DNA from: Patescibacteria group bacterium
GTDB lineage: Bacteria > Patescibacteriota > Patescibacteriia > Buchananbacterales > UBA6539
Assembly: GCA_034003985.1 (NCBI GenBank)
Contig: JAVEXP010000002.1
Span: 208,789 to 272,788, forward strand
DNA: 64,000 bases
Direction of reading: 5' to 3'
The notes below the pieces were generated by a model, which searched no databases, was not told the DNA's origin, and saw only the letters and a list, made by a program, of their open reading frames with translations. Below, in pieces: positions 37,583 through 47,229 of the stretch (positions within the stretch are counted from its first letter, which is position 1; each line of letters begins with the position of its first letter). Both the position numbers and the translations under genes were made by a program.

Positions 37583-37651
37583 TTAGCGTTATTTGAAGAT
37601 TAAATAAATCAATCTTTAGATAATATTATTTAGCTAAATTTAGCCAAATAT

Positions 37652-38611
37652 ATGTTAAAACTAATCTCAATAATTATCCCGGTCTATAATGAAGAGGGCA
37701 ATATTGCCCCGATTTATGACGCTTTACGCACTCAATTTTCTGTTTTGGGTGCTGATTTTGATTACGAAATTATTTTTATTAATGACGGATCTTGTGATAA
37801 CAGCGCTTCCCAAATTGATATTTTGATTCAAAAAGATTTTCGGGTTAAAATGATTGAATTTTCGCGGAATTTTGGCAAAGAAATTGCCACCACTGCCGGG
37901 TTGCATCATGCTGTTGGCGATGCCGCCATTATGATTGACGCTGATCTTCAACATCCGCCAGAGTTGATTCCTAAGCTGGTTGCCAAGTGGCAGCAAGGTT
38001 TTGATATGGTCATTGGTGTTCGTCAGAATAACGAAACTGAAAGCCTGATTAAGCGGTTTGGATCAATTGTGTTTTATAAAGCGATGAAGCTGATTGGTGA
38101 AACCAAGATTGCTTCTCGGACTACCGACTTTAGAATTATCGACCGTAAAGTGATTGACGCTTTTAAAGGGTTTGGCGAACATAACCGCATTACTCGCGGA
38201 CTGCTTGACTGGCTGGGTTTTAAAAAAGATTATATTTATTTCACCGCTCGACCCCGCCAAAGCGGTCAGGCTTCTTATTCTAAAATGAAATTAATTAAGC
38301 TGGCACTTTCCACCTTTGTTTCCCATAGTTTGTTTCCGCTAAAATTTGCCGGCTATTTGGGAATTTTGATCATTGGTTTTTCTGGTCCGCTGGGGTTATT
38401 CATTTTTATTGATAAATACATTTTGACTGATGCTACCGGGCTTAATTTTTCCGGCCCGGCAATTTTGGCCGTTATCAATATGTTTTTTACCGGTGTTATT
38501 TTAAGCTGCTTGGGACTGATTGCTTTGTATATCGCCGACATTCAGGGTGAAGTTACCAACCGACCGATTTATATTGTCCGGTCTAAGAAAAATTTTGACC
38601 ATAACCAATAG
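37652..38611 (+). CDS. GT2 polyprenyl-phosphate sugar transferase (GtrB/ArnC/DPM1-like) with C-terminal TM helices
   Basis: IIPVYNEEGNI, DGSCDNS, DADLQHPPE motifs. Two C-terminal TM segments. Confidence 0.85.
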   Translation: MLKLISIIIPVYNEEGNIAPIYDALRTQFSVLGADFDYEIIFINDGSCDNSASQIDILIQKDFRVKMIEFSRNFGKEIATTAGLHHAVGDAAIMIDADLQHPPELIPKLVAKWQQGFDMVIGVRQNNETESLIKRFGSIVFYKAMKLIGETKIASRTTDFRIIDRKVIDAFKGFGEHNRITRGLLDWLGFKKDYIYFTARPRQSGQASYSKMKLIKLALSTFVSHSLFPLKFAGYLGILIIGFSGPLGLFIFIDKYILTDATGLNFSGPAILAVINMFFTGVILSCLGLIALYIADIQGEVTNRPIYIVRSKKNFDHNQ

Positions 38612-38612
38612 C

Positions 38613-39425
38613 ATGCCCGCTGTTTCTGTTTTAATGCCGGCGTATAACGCCGCTCCATATCTTAAGCAATCAATTGACAGCATTATCAGTCAGACTTTTA
38701 CTGATTGGGAACTATTGATTGTCGACGACGCTTCAACCGATGACACCGGTCTGATCGTCCAAGCTTATGCCGCCGCTGACAGTCGGATCAAAGTTTTTAA
38801 AAACGAAATTAATTTAGGTATTGCCGCCAGCCGTAATCGTTTGTTGAGTTTGGCGCGGGGCGAATATATTGCCTGGCAAGATGCCGATGATATTTCCGAA
38901 CCGAGCCGTTTGGCCAAGCAATACCAATTTATGACCGCCAATCCTCAAGTTGGCATTTGTGGCGGGTATTTGGTATTTTTTGACGACCATAAAAGTTTTG
39001 GTATTCGGCAATATGAAATTAGCGATCACCAAATCAGGAAAAATATTTTTCGGTTTTCGCCGGTCGCTCAACCGGCGGCCATGATCAGAGCCGATGTTTT
39101 TGCCAAGGTCGGCACATATCAACCAGGAATTAATGTGGCCGAAGATCTGTTAATGTCTTTTAAAATTGGTCGGTATTATCAATTCGCCAACTTGCCTGAA
39201 GTGTTGGTTAAATACCGGCAGCAGCCTAATTCCATTACTTTCAAAAAACTTAAAGTTTTGGAATTAAACACTCTTAAAATCCGTTGGCAATTTCACAATG
39301 ATCCAAATTACCAATTTAGTTTGGTTGACTATGTTTATAATATTTTGCAGTTTTTAACCCTTTATTTGTCTCCCGCCCGTTTTCGAATTTGGGCGTTTAA
39401 TCTGGTTAGAAATTCCAAAATATGA
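38613..39425 (+). CDS. GT2 family glycosyltransferase
   Basis: VLMPAYNAAPYLKQSIDSIISQTFTDWELLIVDDASTDDT. The ATG at 38613 sits 1 nt after the previous stop, so the ORF-track start 38520 is too far upstream. Confidence 0.85.
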   Translation: MPAVSVLMPAYNAAPYLKQSIDSIISQTFTDWELLIVDDASTDDTGLIVQAYAAADSRIKVFKNEINLGIAASRNRLLSLARGEYIAWQDADDISEPSRLAKQYQFMTANPQVGICGGYLVFFDDHKSFGIRQYEISDHQIRKNIFRFSPVAQPAAMIRADVFAKVGTYQPGINVAEDLLMSFKIGRYYQFANLPEVLVKYRQQPNSITFKKLKVLELNTLKIRWQFHNDPNYQFSLVDYVYNILQFLTLYLSPARFRIWAFNLVRNSKI

Positions 39426-40255
39426 GCGGGCAGCTTCCTAAAATTTCAGTACTGATGCCGTTTTACAATGCGGTTGATTACTTGGATACCGCGCTTGCCA
39501 GTATTGTTAATCAGACTTTTACCGATTGGGAATTGATTTTAATCAATGATGCTTCAACTGATGGTTCCGATGTAGTTGTTCAAAAATATTTGGCCGATTC
39601 CCGGATTATTTATTTTAAAAATCAAACCAACCGCGGCATTGTCGAAAATCTTAATTTTGGTTTAAGCCAGGCCAAAAGCGAGATTGTTGCCCGAATGGAC
39701 GGTGATGATAGCTGTGATCCAGCCAGATTCGCCAAGCAGTATGATTTTTTATTGAATCATCCATCGGTAGCGGCGGTGGGGACTTTCATAAAAATTATTG
39801 ATCAGACTGGCAGCGTTGTGGATTGGCGCACCAAACCATTGGATTTTACGGTCATAAAAAATAATTTGCTGGTATATTCACCGTTAGTTCATGCGACTTT
39901 AATGTTTCGCAAGTCTGTAATTATGGAAGTTGGTGCCTACCGCAATCAATATTTGTATTGTGAAGACATCGATTTATTTTTCCGCTTGGTATATTTTGGT
40001 CATCAATTAGCTAATTTGCCCGAGTTTTTGTATCAATACCGTTACCACCGAAATTCAGCGGCTCATCGGTCGCGCTTAATCGCTTCTCGCTTGTATCAAC
40101 TGCGGCGAGAAACTATCAAGAATTTCAATTTGCATCCGGCTTGGTCACAACGCCTGATGATTTTTGGCCAGTATCTGGCTGGACTGATTTTAAGCGGTCG
40201 TCAACGGCAATGGCTGGAAGGATTTTATAAGAAAATTTTTTATCATGAAAAATAA
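39422..40255 (+). CDS. GT2 family glycosyltransferase (paralogue of the preceding gene)
   Basis: VLMPFYNAVDYLDTALASIVNQTFTDWELILINDASTDGS. 4-nt overlap with the upstream gene. Confidence 0.85.
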   Translation: MSGQLPKISVLMPFYNAVDYLDTALASIVNQTFTDWELILINDASTDGSDVVVQKYLADSRIIYFKNQTNRGIVENLNFGLSQAKSEIVARMDGDDSCDPARFAKQYDFLLNHPSVAAVGTFIKIIDQTGSVVDWRTKPLDFTVIKNNLLVYSPLVHATLMFRKSVIMEVGAYRNQYLYCEDIDLFFRLVYFGHQLANLPEFLYQYRYHRNSAAHRSRLIASRLYQLRRETIKNFNLHPAWSQRLMIFGQYLAGLILSGRQRQWLEGFYKKIFYHEK

Positions 40256-42641
40256 GCTCGAACAATTTATCAACCGCTACTGGCATTGGCTGATTTTTGG
40301 TTTGATGGTTTTTTTGGCCTTGTCTTTTCTAATTTTCCATCGCGGGGTATGGGCTTTTGCCGACAGCGGTTTTTATTACCAAAGTATTCTTCAGGCTAAA
40401 GAGATTTTTTGGTCCAAGCTCGGACAGTTTGCTAATACCGACGGATTCTACCTTGGGTTTGATAATTCCGCCGAAAGTTTTTCTCACCTGGTTATTTCTC
40501 TTTATCAGGTAATTTTGACTTATATTTTTGGGGCTGATTTTGGCCAGATTGTTTATTATTTTGTTTTTTATCTTTTGAGTTTCATTTTCGGTGTCAAGTT
40601 GCTACGCAAAATTCTCCCACAATTTGGCAATCTGGAAATCAGGCTGGGGGCGTTGTTTATTGCCTTTAATCCTTTTGCTCTGTTAATATCCACTTTGTTT
40701 GCCATTAGTTATATCTACCCAGCATTTATCATCGCCACTTATGCCCTGTTTAGTTATTTAGATAAGGGTAAAATTAGACATTTAATTTTAAGCGTTTTTT
40801 TTGCGATTTATTTGGTTTCTTATCTGCGGTTGGTACCGATTATTTTATTGACTGGGGTAATTTTGGTTTGGATATTTTTTGGTCGCAAGTTTTGGCGCCT
40901 TAAACGATTGATTGTTTTTTTAATGTTCTTTTTAATTTGTGCCAGTCCGTTTCTTGTTAGTAATATTTTGTCTTTGACCGACAGCAGCAACATTGTCACC
41001 AATTATACCGATTTTTTTAGTAAGTACGGGGAAGCCAATTATAAATTCAAAGAATCATTTTTGAATTCCTTCAGTTATCCCGGTGGTTTTACCCCTTCTA
41101 GTCTGAGTTTTTATTATAATAACCGTGGTTTGCCCGGTTTTGCCGACAATTATGCCGTTAAAGACAGTTTTGAATTTTTTAAAACTATTCAGGTGATTTT
41201 TAACATCAGTTTGCTGATTTTTGCCCTGTCGTCTTTTAAGAGTATTCGCAATCTCAAAATCATCGGAGTATTATCTGGGGTATTTTTTCTTAATACCCTT
41301 GGTTTTTTTGTCAATTATGGAATTTTCTTAAAACTTAATCAGACCGTTTTGATATTTTTATACAATGATTACGGTTTTATTCAATTTGTTCAGGTCATCC
41401 TTTACGCGGCGCTGATTGTCATTTTGGCTCACCATCTGCGTCGATCCTGGGGAATGGTCAAGGCCAGTATTTTTGGTTTGATGGTTTTGCTTTATTTGTT
41501 GATTAATTTAATGCCCTTGTTATTTAATCACTACGGTCTTCAAAAAATTAATCAGCCGCCGAGCGGGTATCAAGAAACTTTTTTTCAGCAGCGACCTTAT
41601 CAGTTTTCCGAAGCGTCTTTGTTTGTGCCATACCACTGGTTAAAATTTGATTGGTCTCCTTATTTTATTGATTTGAATGTTTTCCCTTACTCGCCATACC
41701 AAAGCTTGATCGTACCCAATCTAAGGGTTGTCCGTCAGGATTTTGTTGATTTTTATAACAGTATTTATGATCATACTACTGATCAGCAGTTTGCCAATAT
41801 CAGAATTTTCAATCTTAAAAATATTTTTGTTTTTCATAAAATCGAAGACGCCAATGATCGGATTGATACCTATCGCGTAGTCAACATTGAGAATAATGGC
41901 GAAAGAATTTATCAGGGATTGACCAAGCGTCATGATCTTAGCGTTATTCAATCGAATGAAGATTTTACTCATTTTCGAATTAAAGATTCTGATGATTTTG
42001 AATTTTTTATTTATTCACCCAAAAAATTAATCAATGTTGATTTTGATAATTTTTACGATTATCCATTTGATTTGTCGGATAAACCAGTTTTGTTTAACTC
42101 TCAAGAATTACATCAAGCTAATGCCATCAGGGAAATAAATTATCAGCTTAACTCGCCGTTGGTTTCCTATAAAATTTCGCCACTCAATGCCAACAAATAT
42201 TATGTTAAGATTAATGTTAATAAAAATTACCCTTTCTTAATCCAGCTCAATCAGGCGTTTTCCTCATTCTGGCGAGTTTACTTTATCACTAAACAAGACT
42301 GGGATCGTGTTGAGTGTCAAGGTGATTGGCAATATTTTAAGATTACCAATAATCAACGATGTTATATTAATCAACAACCTTTTGATTTGACGGACTTTAA
42401 ATTATTGACCGCTGCCAAACTGAAGTCCGAAAATCATTTTCGGGGCAATATCATTGGTAATTTGTGGCTGATTACGCCGACCGATATGGCTGAGGATAGC
42501 AATAGCGACAATCAAGAATTATATTTAATGATCTATTTTGACAAGCAGCTTTACTATTTGGTTACTTTGTTGATTTCGGGAGGTGGGTTTGTTGTTCTGT
42601 TGGCCCTTTGGTTTAAGGATTTTAAAAAGCATAACTTTTAA
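40245..42641 (+). CDS. Large polytopic membrane protein (GT-C/YfhO-like glycosyltransferase candidate), 798 aa
   Basis: About 13 TM helices in the N-terminal 450 aa, a large extracytoplasmic C-terminal domain, and a final TM. Genomic pairing with a GtrB-like GT2. Confidence 0.6.
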   Translation: MKNKLEQFINRYWHWLIFGLMVFLALSFLIFHRGVWAFADSGFYYQSILQAKEIFWSKLGQFANTDGFYLGFDNSAESFSHLVISLYQVILTYIFGADFGQIVYYFVFYLLSFIFGVKLLRKILPQFGNLEIRLGALFIAFNPFALLISTLFAISYIYPAFIIATYALFSYLDKGKIRHLILSVFFAIYLVSYLRLVPIILLTGVILVWIFFGRKFWRLKRLIVFLMFFLICASPFLVSNILSLTDSSNIVTNYTDFFSKYGEANYKFKESFLNSFSYPGGFTPSSLSFYYNNRGLPGFADNYAVKDSFEFFKTIQVIFNISLLIFALSSFKSIRNLKIIGVLSGVFFLNTLGFFVNYGIFLKLNQTVLIFLYNDYGFIQFVQVILYAALIVILAHHLRRSWGMVKASIFGLMVLLYLLINLMPLLFNHYGLQKINQPPSGYQETFFQQRPYQFSEASLFVPYHWLKFDWSPYFIDLNVFPYSPYQSLIVPNLRVVRQDFVDFYNSIYDHTTDQQFANIRIFNLKNIFVFHKIEDANDRIDTYRVVNIENNGERIYQGLTKRHDLSVIQSNEDFTHFRIKDSDDFEFFIYSPKKLINVDFDNFYDYPFDLSDKPVLFNSQELHQANAIREINYQLNSPLVSYKISPLNANKYYVKINVNKNYPFLIQLNQAFSSFWRVYFITKQDWDRVECQGDWQYFKITNNQRCYINQQPFDLTDFKLLTAAKLKSENHFRGNIIGNLWLITPTDMAEDSNSDNQELYLMIYFDKQLYYLVTLLISGGGFVVLLALWFKDFKKHNF

Positions 42642-42645
42642 ATTT

Positions 42646-44826
42646 ATGACTGCCGGCGCAAAAAGATATCAACGCTTTAAACTGGTCTTCATTCTGATGC
42701 TGGTAATTTTTAGCATTATCTACTTGGGCGGAAAATTTATAATGTCTCGCAACAATGTTAGGCATGTTCCGTTTTTGGCCGACAAAGTTTTGGTGGTTTT
42801 GAATAATCACGGATCAGAAGCCGATAATTTGGGTAATGTGGAATTTTTATTGAGAGATATTCAGGAGTTTACCGCTCAAGGTAGTAAAGTAGCTTTGATC
42901 GGCAGTAATCAGCCACAGGCAAATACCGACTTGGCTGAAATCATTAAATACAGTGCCGGGGTCTATGTTGACATGTTTAACAACAACCGTCAGGACCAGT
43001 CTTTGATTTCGGAATTCGATAATCAATTCAATCTTGGCGGGGAATTTTTGTTAAAATCGTATCTTTCCGAGAATAATAATCTTAGAATCGCTTATGATGC
43101 CGCCCAGCGTCGAATTGATTTTGTGTTGGCGAGTCAGCCTTTGAATATCAATGGTCAGCCTTTGAATATTGCGGATGTCGTTGTTTATGCCATTGAAGAT
43201 GTTAGTTCGGATTATTTGTTGAGGATTGGAGAGTTGGTTATTGATTTGTCGGGTTATCAAAATAATTTTAGCGTATCGGTCCAAGATTTACTTAACCAGT
43301 CTATTAGTTTATATCGTTTGGAAAATGACAACCTACTGGCGGGGGATAATTATTCGTTTGAGCAGGGTTATTGGTCCCAACCGGTCGGCGATTGCAGCGC
43401 TTATCTGCCGGGCAACCCGGACTTGCAGATGGAATTGACCAGCGATGCTACCCAGGGCCAACAATCGCTTAAACTTTCGGCGTCAAATCATTTTGCTTGC
43501 ACGCTTAAAGATTTCAATCTTCAATTGGATGATAGTCATTTTTATAAATTATCTTTTGATTATAAGAATATTAGTGGCCATAAAATTCAATATTATTACA
43601 GTTTAAGAAACAGTCTTGGTGGATCCGAAGAGTATTTCGGTTCATTGGAATCTTTCGATAATCGCTGGCATCAGTTTGAAAAAGTGATTGATTATCAAAT
43701 CGAGTCAGTCGACCAGCTTAGTGTTTATTTTTATGCACCGTCCGACGGCACAGTTGAAGTGGTTAATCTTTATGATAATTTGGCTTTGGCTGATTTTATC
43801 TTGGATCGGCCAATCAAAATTGATGCCGAAAAACTCAAGCGGGGTTACGACTTGGGGCAGGGCGTTATTTTGAAGCCCGCCACCAACACTTTTAAGGCTT
43901 TCCGCAATGACGAAAATCTTTTGGTGGGGGATAATTATTCGTTTGAGCAGGGTTTGTGGCAGGCCAGTGCTGGTGACTGTAGTGATTATCTGGACGGTCA
44001 GGGTGATTTTGAATTGGCTTGGGATAATCGTTCAACCGATGGCCGGCGTTCACTGTTTATTTCTTCGCGCAATCATTTTGCCTGTACCGGTAAAATTTTT
44101 CCGGTTGCTTTGTCCAATGACAAGCTGTACAAATTAATTTTTGATTATAAAACGATTGTCGGCAACAAGGGTCAGTATTATTATAATTTGAAAAATCAAT
44201 CCGGCCAAACCCAGGAGAAATATGATTCATTTGAAGACTATGAACCGGGCTGGCATGGCTTAGAAACGATTATTGATCCCAAAATTGTTAATATTAAAAG
44301 TCTGGAATTGATTTTTTACGCACCGTCGGACGGTAGCGGTGAAATTACCACTTTATATGATAATGTCAGGCTTCAGGAGTACGCCCCAAAAGTCATTTAT
44401 TCATATTACCTTAAGCAGGAGCATGATGTTTTGGCCGACCGCCAGGCGCTGATTAGTGATTATCGGGTTGATAATTTTTGGCAAACCAGAATAAAACTGA
44501 AAAACATAGACGGTCCGATGTTGCTGGTTTATCCCAAACAATATGATCCCAAGCTTAGTTTGGTAATCGGTTCAGATTTAACCGTTTCTAGCCAGTGGCA
44601 TTACATGGTTAACGACCGCCAAAACGGTTGGTGGCTTCCCGTTAATGATTTATGTACAGCCGGTAATAGCTGTCATTTGAACAGCGACGGTTCGTATGAT
44701 TTAGATTTGACGATTATCAATCATGATTATTTTGTTTTTCGCCGACTGACGATATTTTTAGCTGCTTTCCTAGTTATTTTATTAATTTTAATGTATGTTG
44801 CCAAAGGCCAAACCGAAATTGACTAA
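42646..44826 (+). CDS. Membrane-anchored surface protein with two tandem about 190-aa carbohydrate-binding-module-like repeats
   Basis: N-terminal TM. Duplicated module LL[AV]GDNYSFEQG[YL]W...GDCS[AD]YL...NHFACT...YKL[SI]FDYK...YYY.L[RK]N...FYAPSDG...LYDN. C-terminal TM. Confidence 0.6.
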   Translation: MTAGAKRYQRFKLVFILMLVIFSIIYLGGKFIMSRNNVRHVPFLADKVLVVLNNHGSEADNLGNVEFLLRDIQEFTAQGSKVALIGSNQPQANTDLAEIIKYSAGVYVDMFNNNRQDQSLISEFDNQFNLGGEFLLKSYLSENNNLRIAYDAAQRRIDFVLASQPLNINGQPLNIADVVVYAIEDVSSDYLLRIGELVIDLSGYQNNFSVSVQDLLNQSISLYRLENDNLLAGDNYSFEQGYWSQPVGDCSAYLPGNPDLQMELTSDATQGQQSLKLSASNHFACTLKDFNLQLDDSHFYKLSFDYKNISGHKIQYYYSLRNSLGGSEEYFGSLESFDNRWHQFEKVIDYQIESVDQLSVYFYAPSDGTVEVVNLYDNLALADFILDRPIKIDAEKLKRGYDLGQGVILKPATNTFKAFRNDENLLVGDNYSFEQGLWQASAGDCSDYLDGQGDFELAWDNRSTDGRRSLFISSRNHFACTGKIFPVALSNDKLYKLIFDYKTIVGNKGQYYYNLKNQSGQTQEKYDSFEDYEPGWHGLETIIDPKIVNIKSLELIFYAPSDGSGEITTLYDNVRLQEYAPKVIYSYYLKQEHDVLADRQALISDYRVDNFWQTRIKLKNIDGPMLLVYPKQYDPKLSLVIGSDLTVSSQWHYMVNDRQNGWWLPVNDLCTAGNSCHLNSDGSYDLDLTIINHDYFVFRRLTIFLAAFLVILLILMYVAKGQTEID

Positions 44827-45517
44827 CTTTCATTATTATCGCCGACTGCTAACTTTCGTCAGCTTGACTCTTCTGCTGCTCTTCTTGTTTTTGATTATCT
44901 ATCGTCAAGATCAGCTGGCTAATGTGGTTTTGGCGTTTATTTATTTATTTATGGTTTTGTTGTTAATGTTTCAGATTTTGGAGTATTTGCGCGATCCTAA
45001 ACACTTCGATTTGCCTTTTGAAGAAAATTTGATTAAAAATTTTATCAACACCCGGGTTAATCTTTTAGGTGATCATGGTTATCGCGGCCGCTATCTTAAG
45101 CGTTTTAACCATTGGCAAAGACTAATTAACATTTTGGCCCTGATTGTTTTCTTTCTGATTTTTGGCATTTCCCAATCCGCCCAGGAGAACTATTCAAGCT
45201 TTTTTAGTTTGGCTTTGGCCATTGTTTTTTTTAATTTGTTGATGTTTTTTTATGATTTTGGCCGTCCCAAGGGCAGTTTTCGCCAGACCATTGGTAAGTT
45301 TAGTCGGCCCAACCGGCAGTATTCAATCAAAAAGATATTTTCTAACCGCAATACCGTTATGATTGTTTTGATTAATCTGTGTTTATTTTTGATTTTCTTG
45401 TTGCTCTATGGTTTTGATTTTCAGACTTTAGCCAAAGCTTTAAGTTTATTGTTTATTTTGCTAATCATTAACGGCGTGCTATTAGCCGACGCTCGTAATG
45501 AAAAATACAATGGTTAA
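44795..45517 (+). CDS. Hypothetical polytopic membrane protein (240 aa)
   Basis: Six predicted hydrophobic helices. Overlaps neighbours in an operon. Confidence 0.5.
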   Translation: MLPKAKPKLTNFHYYRRLLTFVSLTLLLLFLFLIIYRQDQLANVVLAFIYLFMVLLLMFQILEYLRDPKHFDLPFEENLIKNFINTRVNLLGDHGYRGRYLKRFNHWQRLINILALIVFFLIFGISQSAQENYSSFFSLALAIVFFNLLMFFYDFGRPKGSFRQTIGKFSRPNRQYSIKKIFSNRNTVMIVLINLCLFLIFLLLYGFDFQTLAKALSLLFILLIINGVLLADARNEKYNG

Positions 45518-47189
45518 ATTTTTAAAACAACCGCAAAATTTAACGCCCGTCCTATTTTTTGGCTTGGCGGCAATTGTAATATTGTGGCAGATTTTATTAC
45601 CCGGATATATTCTGACTTTAGATTTAATTGCCACGCCGCATTTTAAGGTGTTTTTGGAACCCGGCGTTATTCATAATAATTTATTGTTTCAATATTTTTG
45701 GCAGTTGCTTAATTTGGCGCTACCGGGTTGGCTAATCCAAAAAATTTATCTGTTTTTAACCATCTTTTTGGCCGGTTTTTTGGCTTGGCGGTTTTTACCC
45801 TTGCCTGGTAAATCCATTGCTAGGCTTTGGGCTGGATTATTTTATATGGCCAATCCTTTTGTTTATGAAAGATTCTTGGCTGGACAAATCGGTATATTGG
45901 TTGCTTACGCCTTGTTGCCCTGGGTTGTTTTTTCGGCCAGCAATTTATTTAAAGATCAGCGATGGCGATTTTTAGTCGGTTTATTTTTTGGACTATGGTT
46001 GCTTAGTATTTTTTCGTTACACTTTTTGGCCATGGCGATAATTTTTATTTTATTGCTAGCATTTGTTCACTTAATCAGTCTGATCTGGTCTAAAAAATTT
46101 AAACTGTTTGCTCAATTGATTTTACAATTGGTTATTTTGGGTTTGGCATTGGCATTGGTTTCCAGTTATTGGCTGGTTCCTGCGGTTAAGAATTATTCCA
46201 ATTCGAATTTGAATAATTTTAATCAAGTTGATTTTCAGGCTTTTGTTACCAGCAGCCATGATCCTTTGGGCGCGGAGTTTAATGTTTTGTCCCTCCACGG
46301 TTTTTGGGGTGAAGTTAAGCCTTGGGCCGGCTATTTTATCTGGCCTAAAGATCATTATATTTTTTGGCTGGCGATGTTTGGCCTTTTGTGCCTGCTGTCT
46401 GCCAGGGGAGTGATTGAATCTTATTTCAAAAATCGTAGTTTATTTTTTCTGTTTGGTTTGACCGCGCTTGGCGGTTTGGTATTTTCGCTTGGATTGGCAC
46501 CCGGTATTTTTCAGTCATTAAACCAGTGGCTATTTGATCATATTTGGTTTTGGTCCGGTTTTCGCGATACTCAAAAATGGAGCGCTTGGTTGGTTTTGGC
46601 CTTTGCTTATTTTGGCGGCTTGGGTGTTTATGCCGTTGGTGAATTTGTTCAAGCTAAAAAGCCAAAACAATTACAAATCGTTTCGGTTGGTCTGATGCTA
46701 GTGGTTGTCTTTTTTACTTATCCGATCTGGGGCGGCTTCTCCCGGCAACTTAAATCAATTTGGTATCCGGCCAGTTGGCAGCAAGTCGCCGAAATAATTG
46801 ATCACCAAAATTCCGATTCCCGAATATTATTTTTACCCTGGCACCAGTATCTGTCTTTGGATTTCAACCAAAGCCTAGTTAGTCAGAATCCGGCCAAGGC
46901 GTTTTTCGGTTCCCGGATTGTTCAAAGTCATAATGCCGAACTGGATGGTGTTGATTCCGCCAACGCCGAACCATTGGTATCTGAAATCGAACAAATTTTG
47001 GCGGGCGACCAAACCCTTTCCGACATTAATACCTTGCGTTTGATTAAGGCCCGGGGGGTAGATCAGATTTTGATTATTAACAGTTTGTCATTAGAATTTT
47101 TGGCTAATTTTAGCGATTTTAAGGCCAGTGGCGCAATCAAGGAGGTATTTGGTTCCAATGACTTGACATTATACGAGATATTGTTGTAA
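45498..47189 (+). CDS. Hypothetical polytopic membrane protein (563 aa), GT-C/oligosaccharyl-transferase-like topology
   Basis: At least 12 TM helices followed by a soluble C-terminal domain. Same operon as the glycosyltransferases. Confidence 0.5.
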   Translation: MKNTMVKFLKQPQNLTPVLFFGLAAIVILWQILLPGYILTLDLIATPHFKVFLEPGVIHNNLLFQYFWQLLNLALPGWLIQKIYLFLTIFLAGFLAWRFLPLPGKSIARLWAGLFYMANPFVYERFLAGQIGILVAYALLPWVVFSASNLFKDQRWRFLVGLFFGLWLLSIFSLHFLAMAIIFILLLAFVHLISLIWSKKFKLFAQLILQLVILGLALALVSSYWLVPAVKNYSNSNLNNFNQVDFQAFVTSSHDPLGAEFNVLSLHGFWGEVKPWAGYFIWPKDHYIFWLAMFGLLCLLSARGVIESYFKNRSLFFLFGLTALGGLVFSLGLAPGIFQSLNQWLFDHIWFWSGFRDTQKWSAWLVLAFAYFGGLGVYAVGEFVQAKKPKQLQIVSVGLMLVVVFFTYPIWGGFSRQLKSIWYPASWQQVAEIIDHQNSDSRILFLPWHQYLSLDFNQSLVSQNPAKAFFGSRIVQSHNAELDGVDSANAEPLVSEIEQILAGDQTLSDINTLRLIKARGVDQILIINSLSLEFLANFSDFKASGAIKEVFGSNDLTLYEILL

Positions 47190-47229
47190 GATAGGATACT
47201 TGATTATAGTCAATTTTTTAATTTAATTT

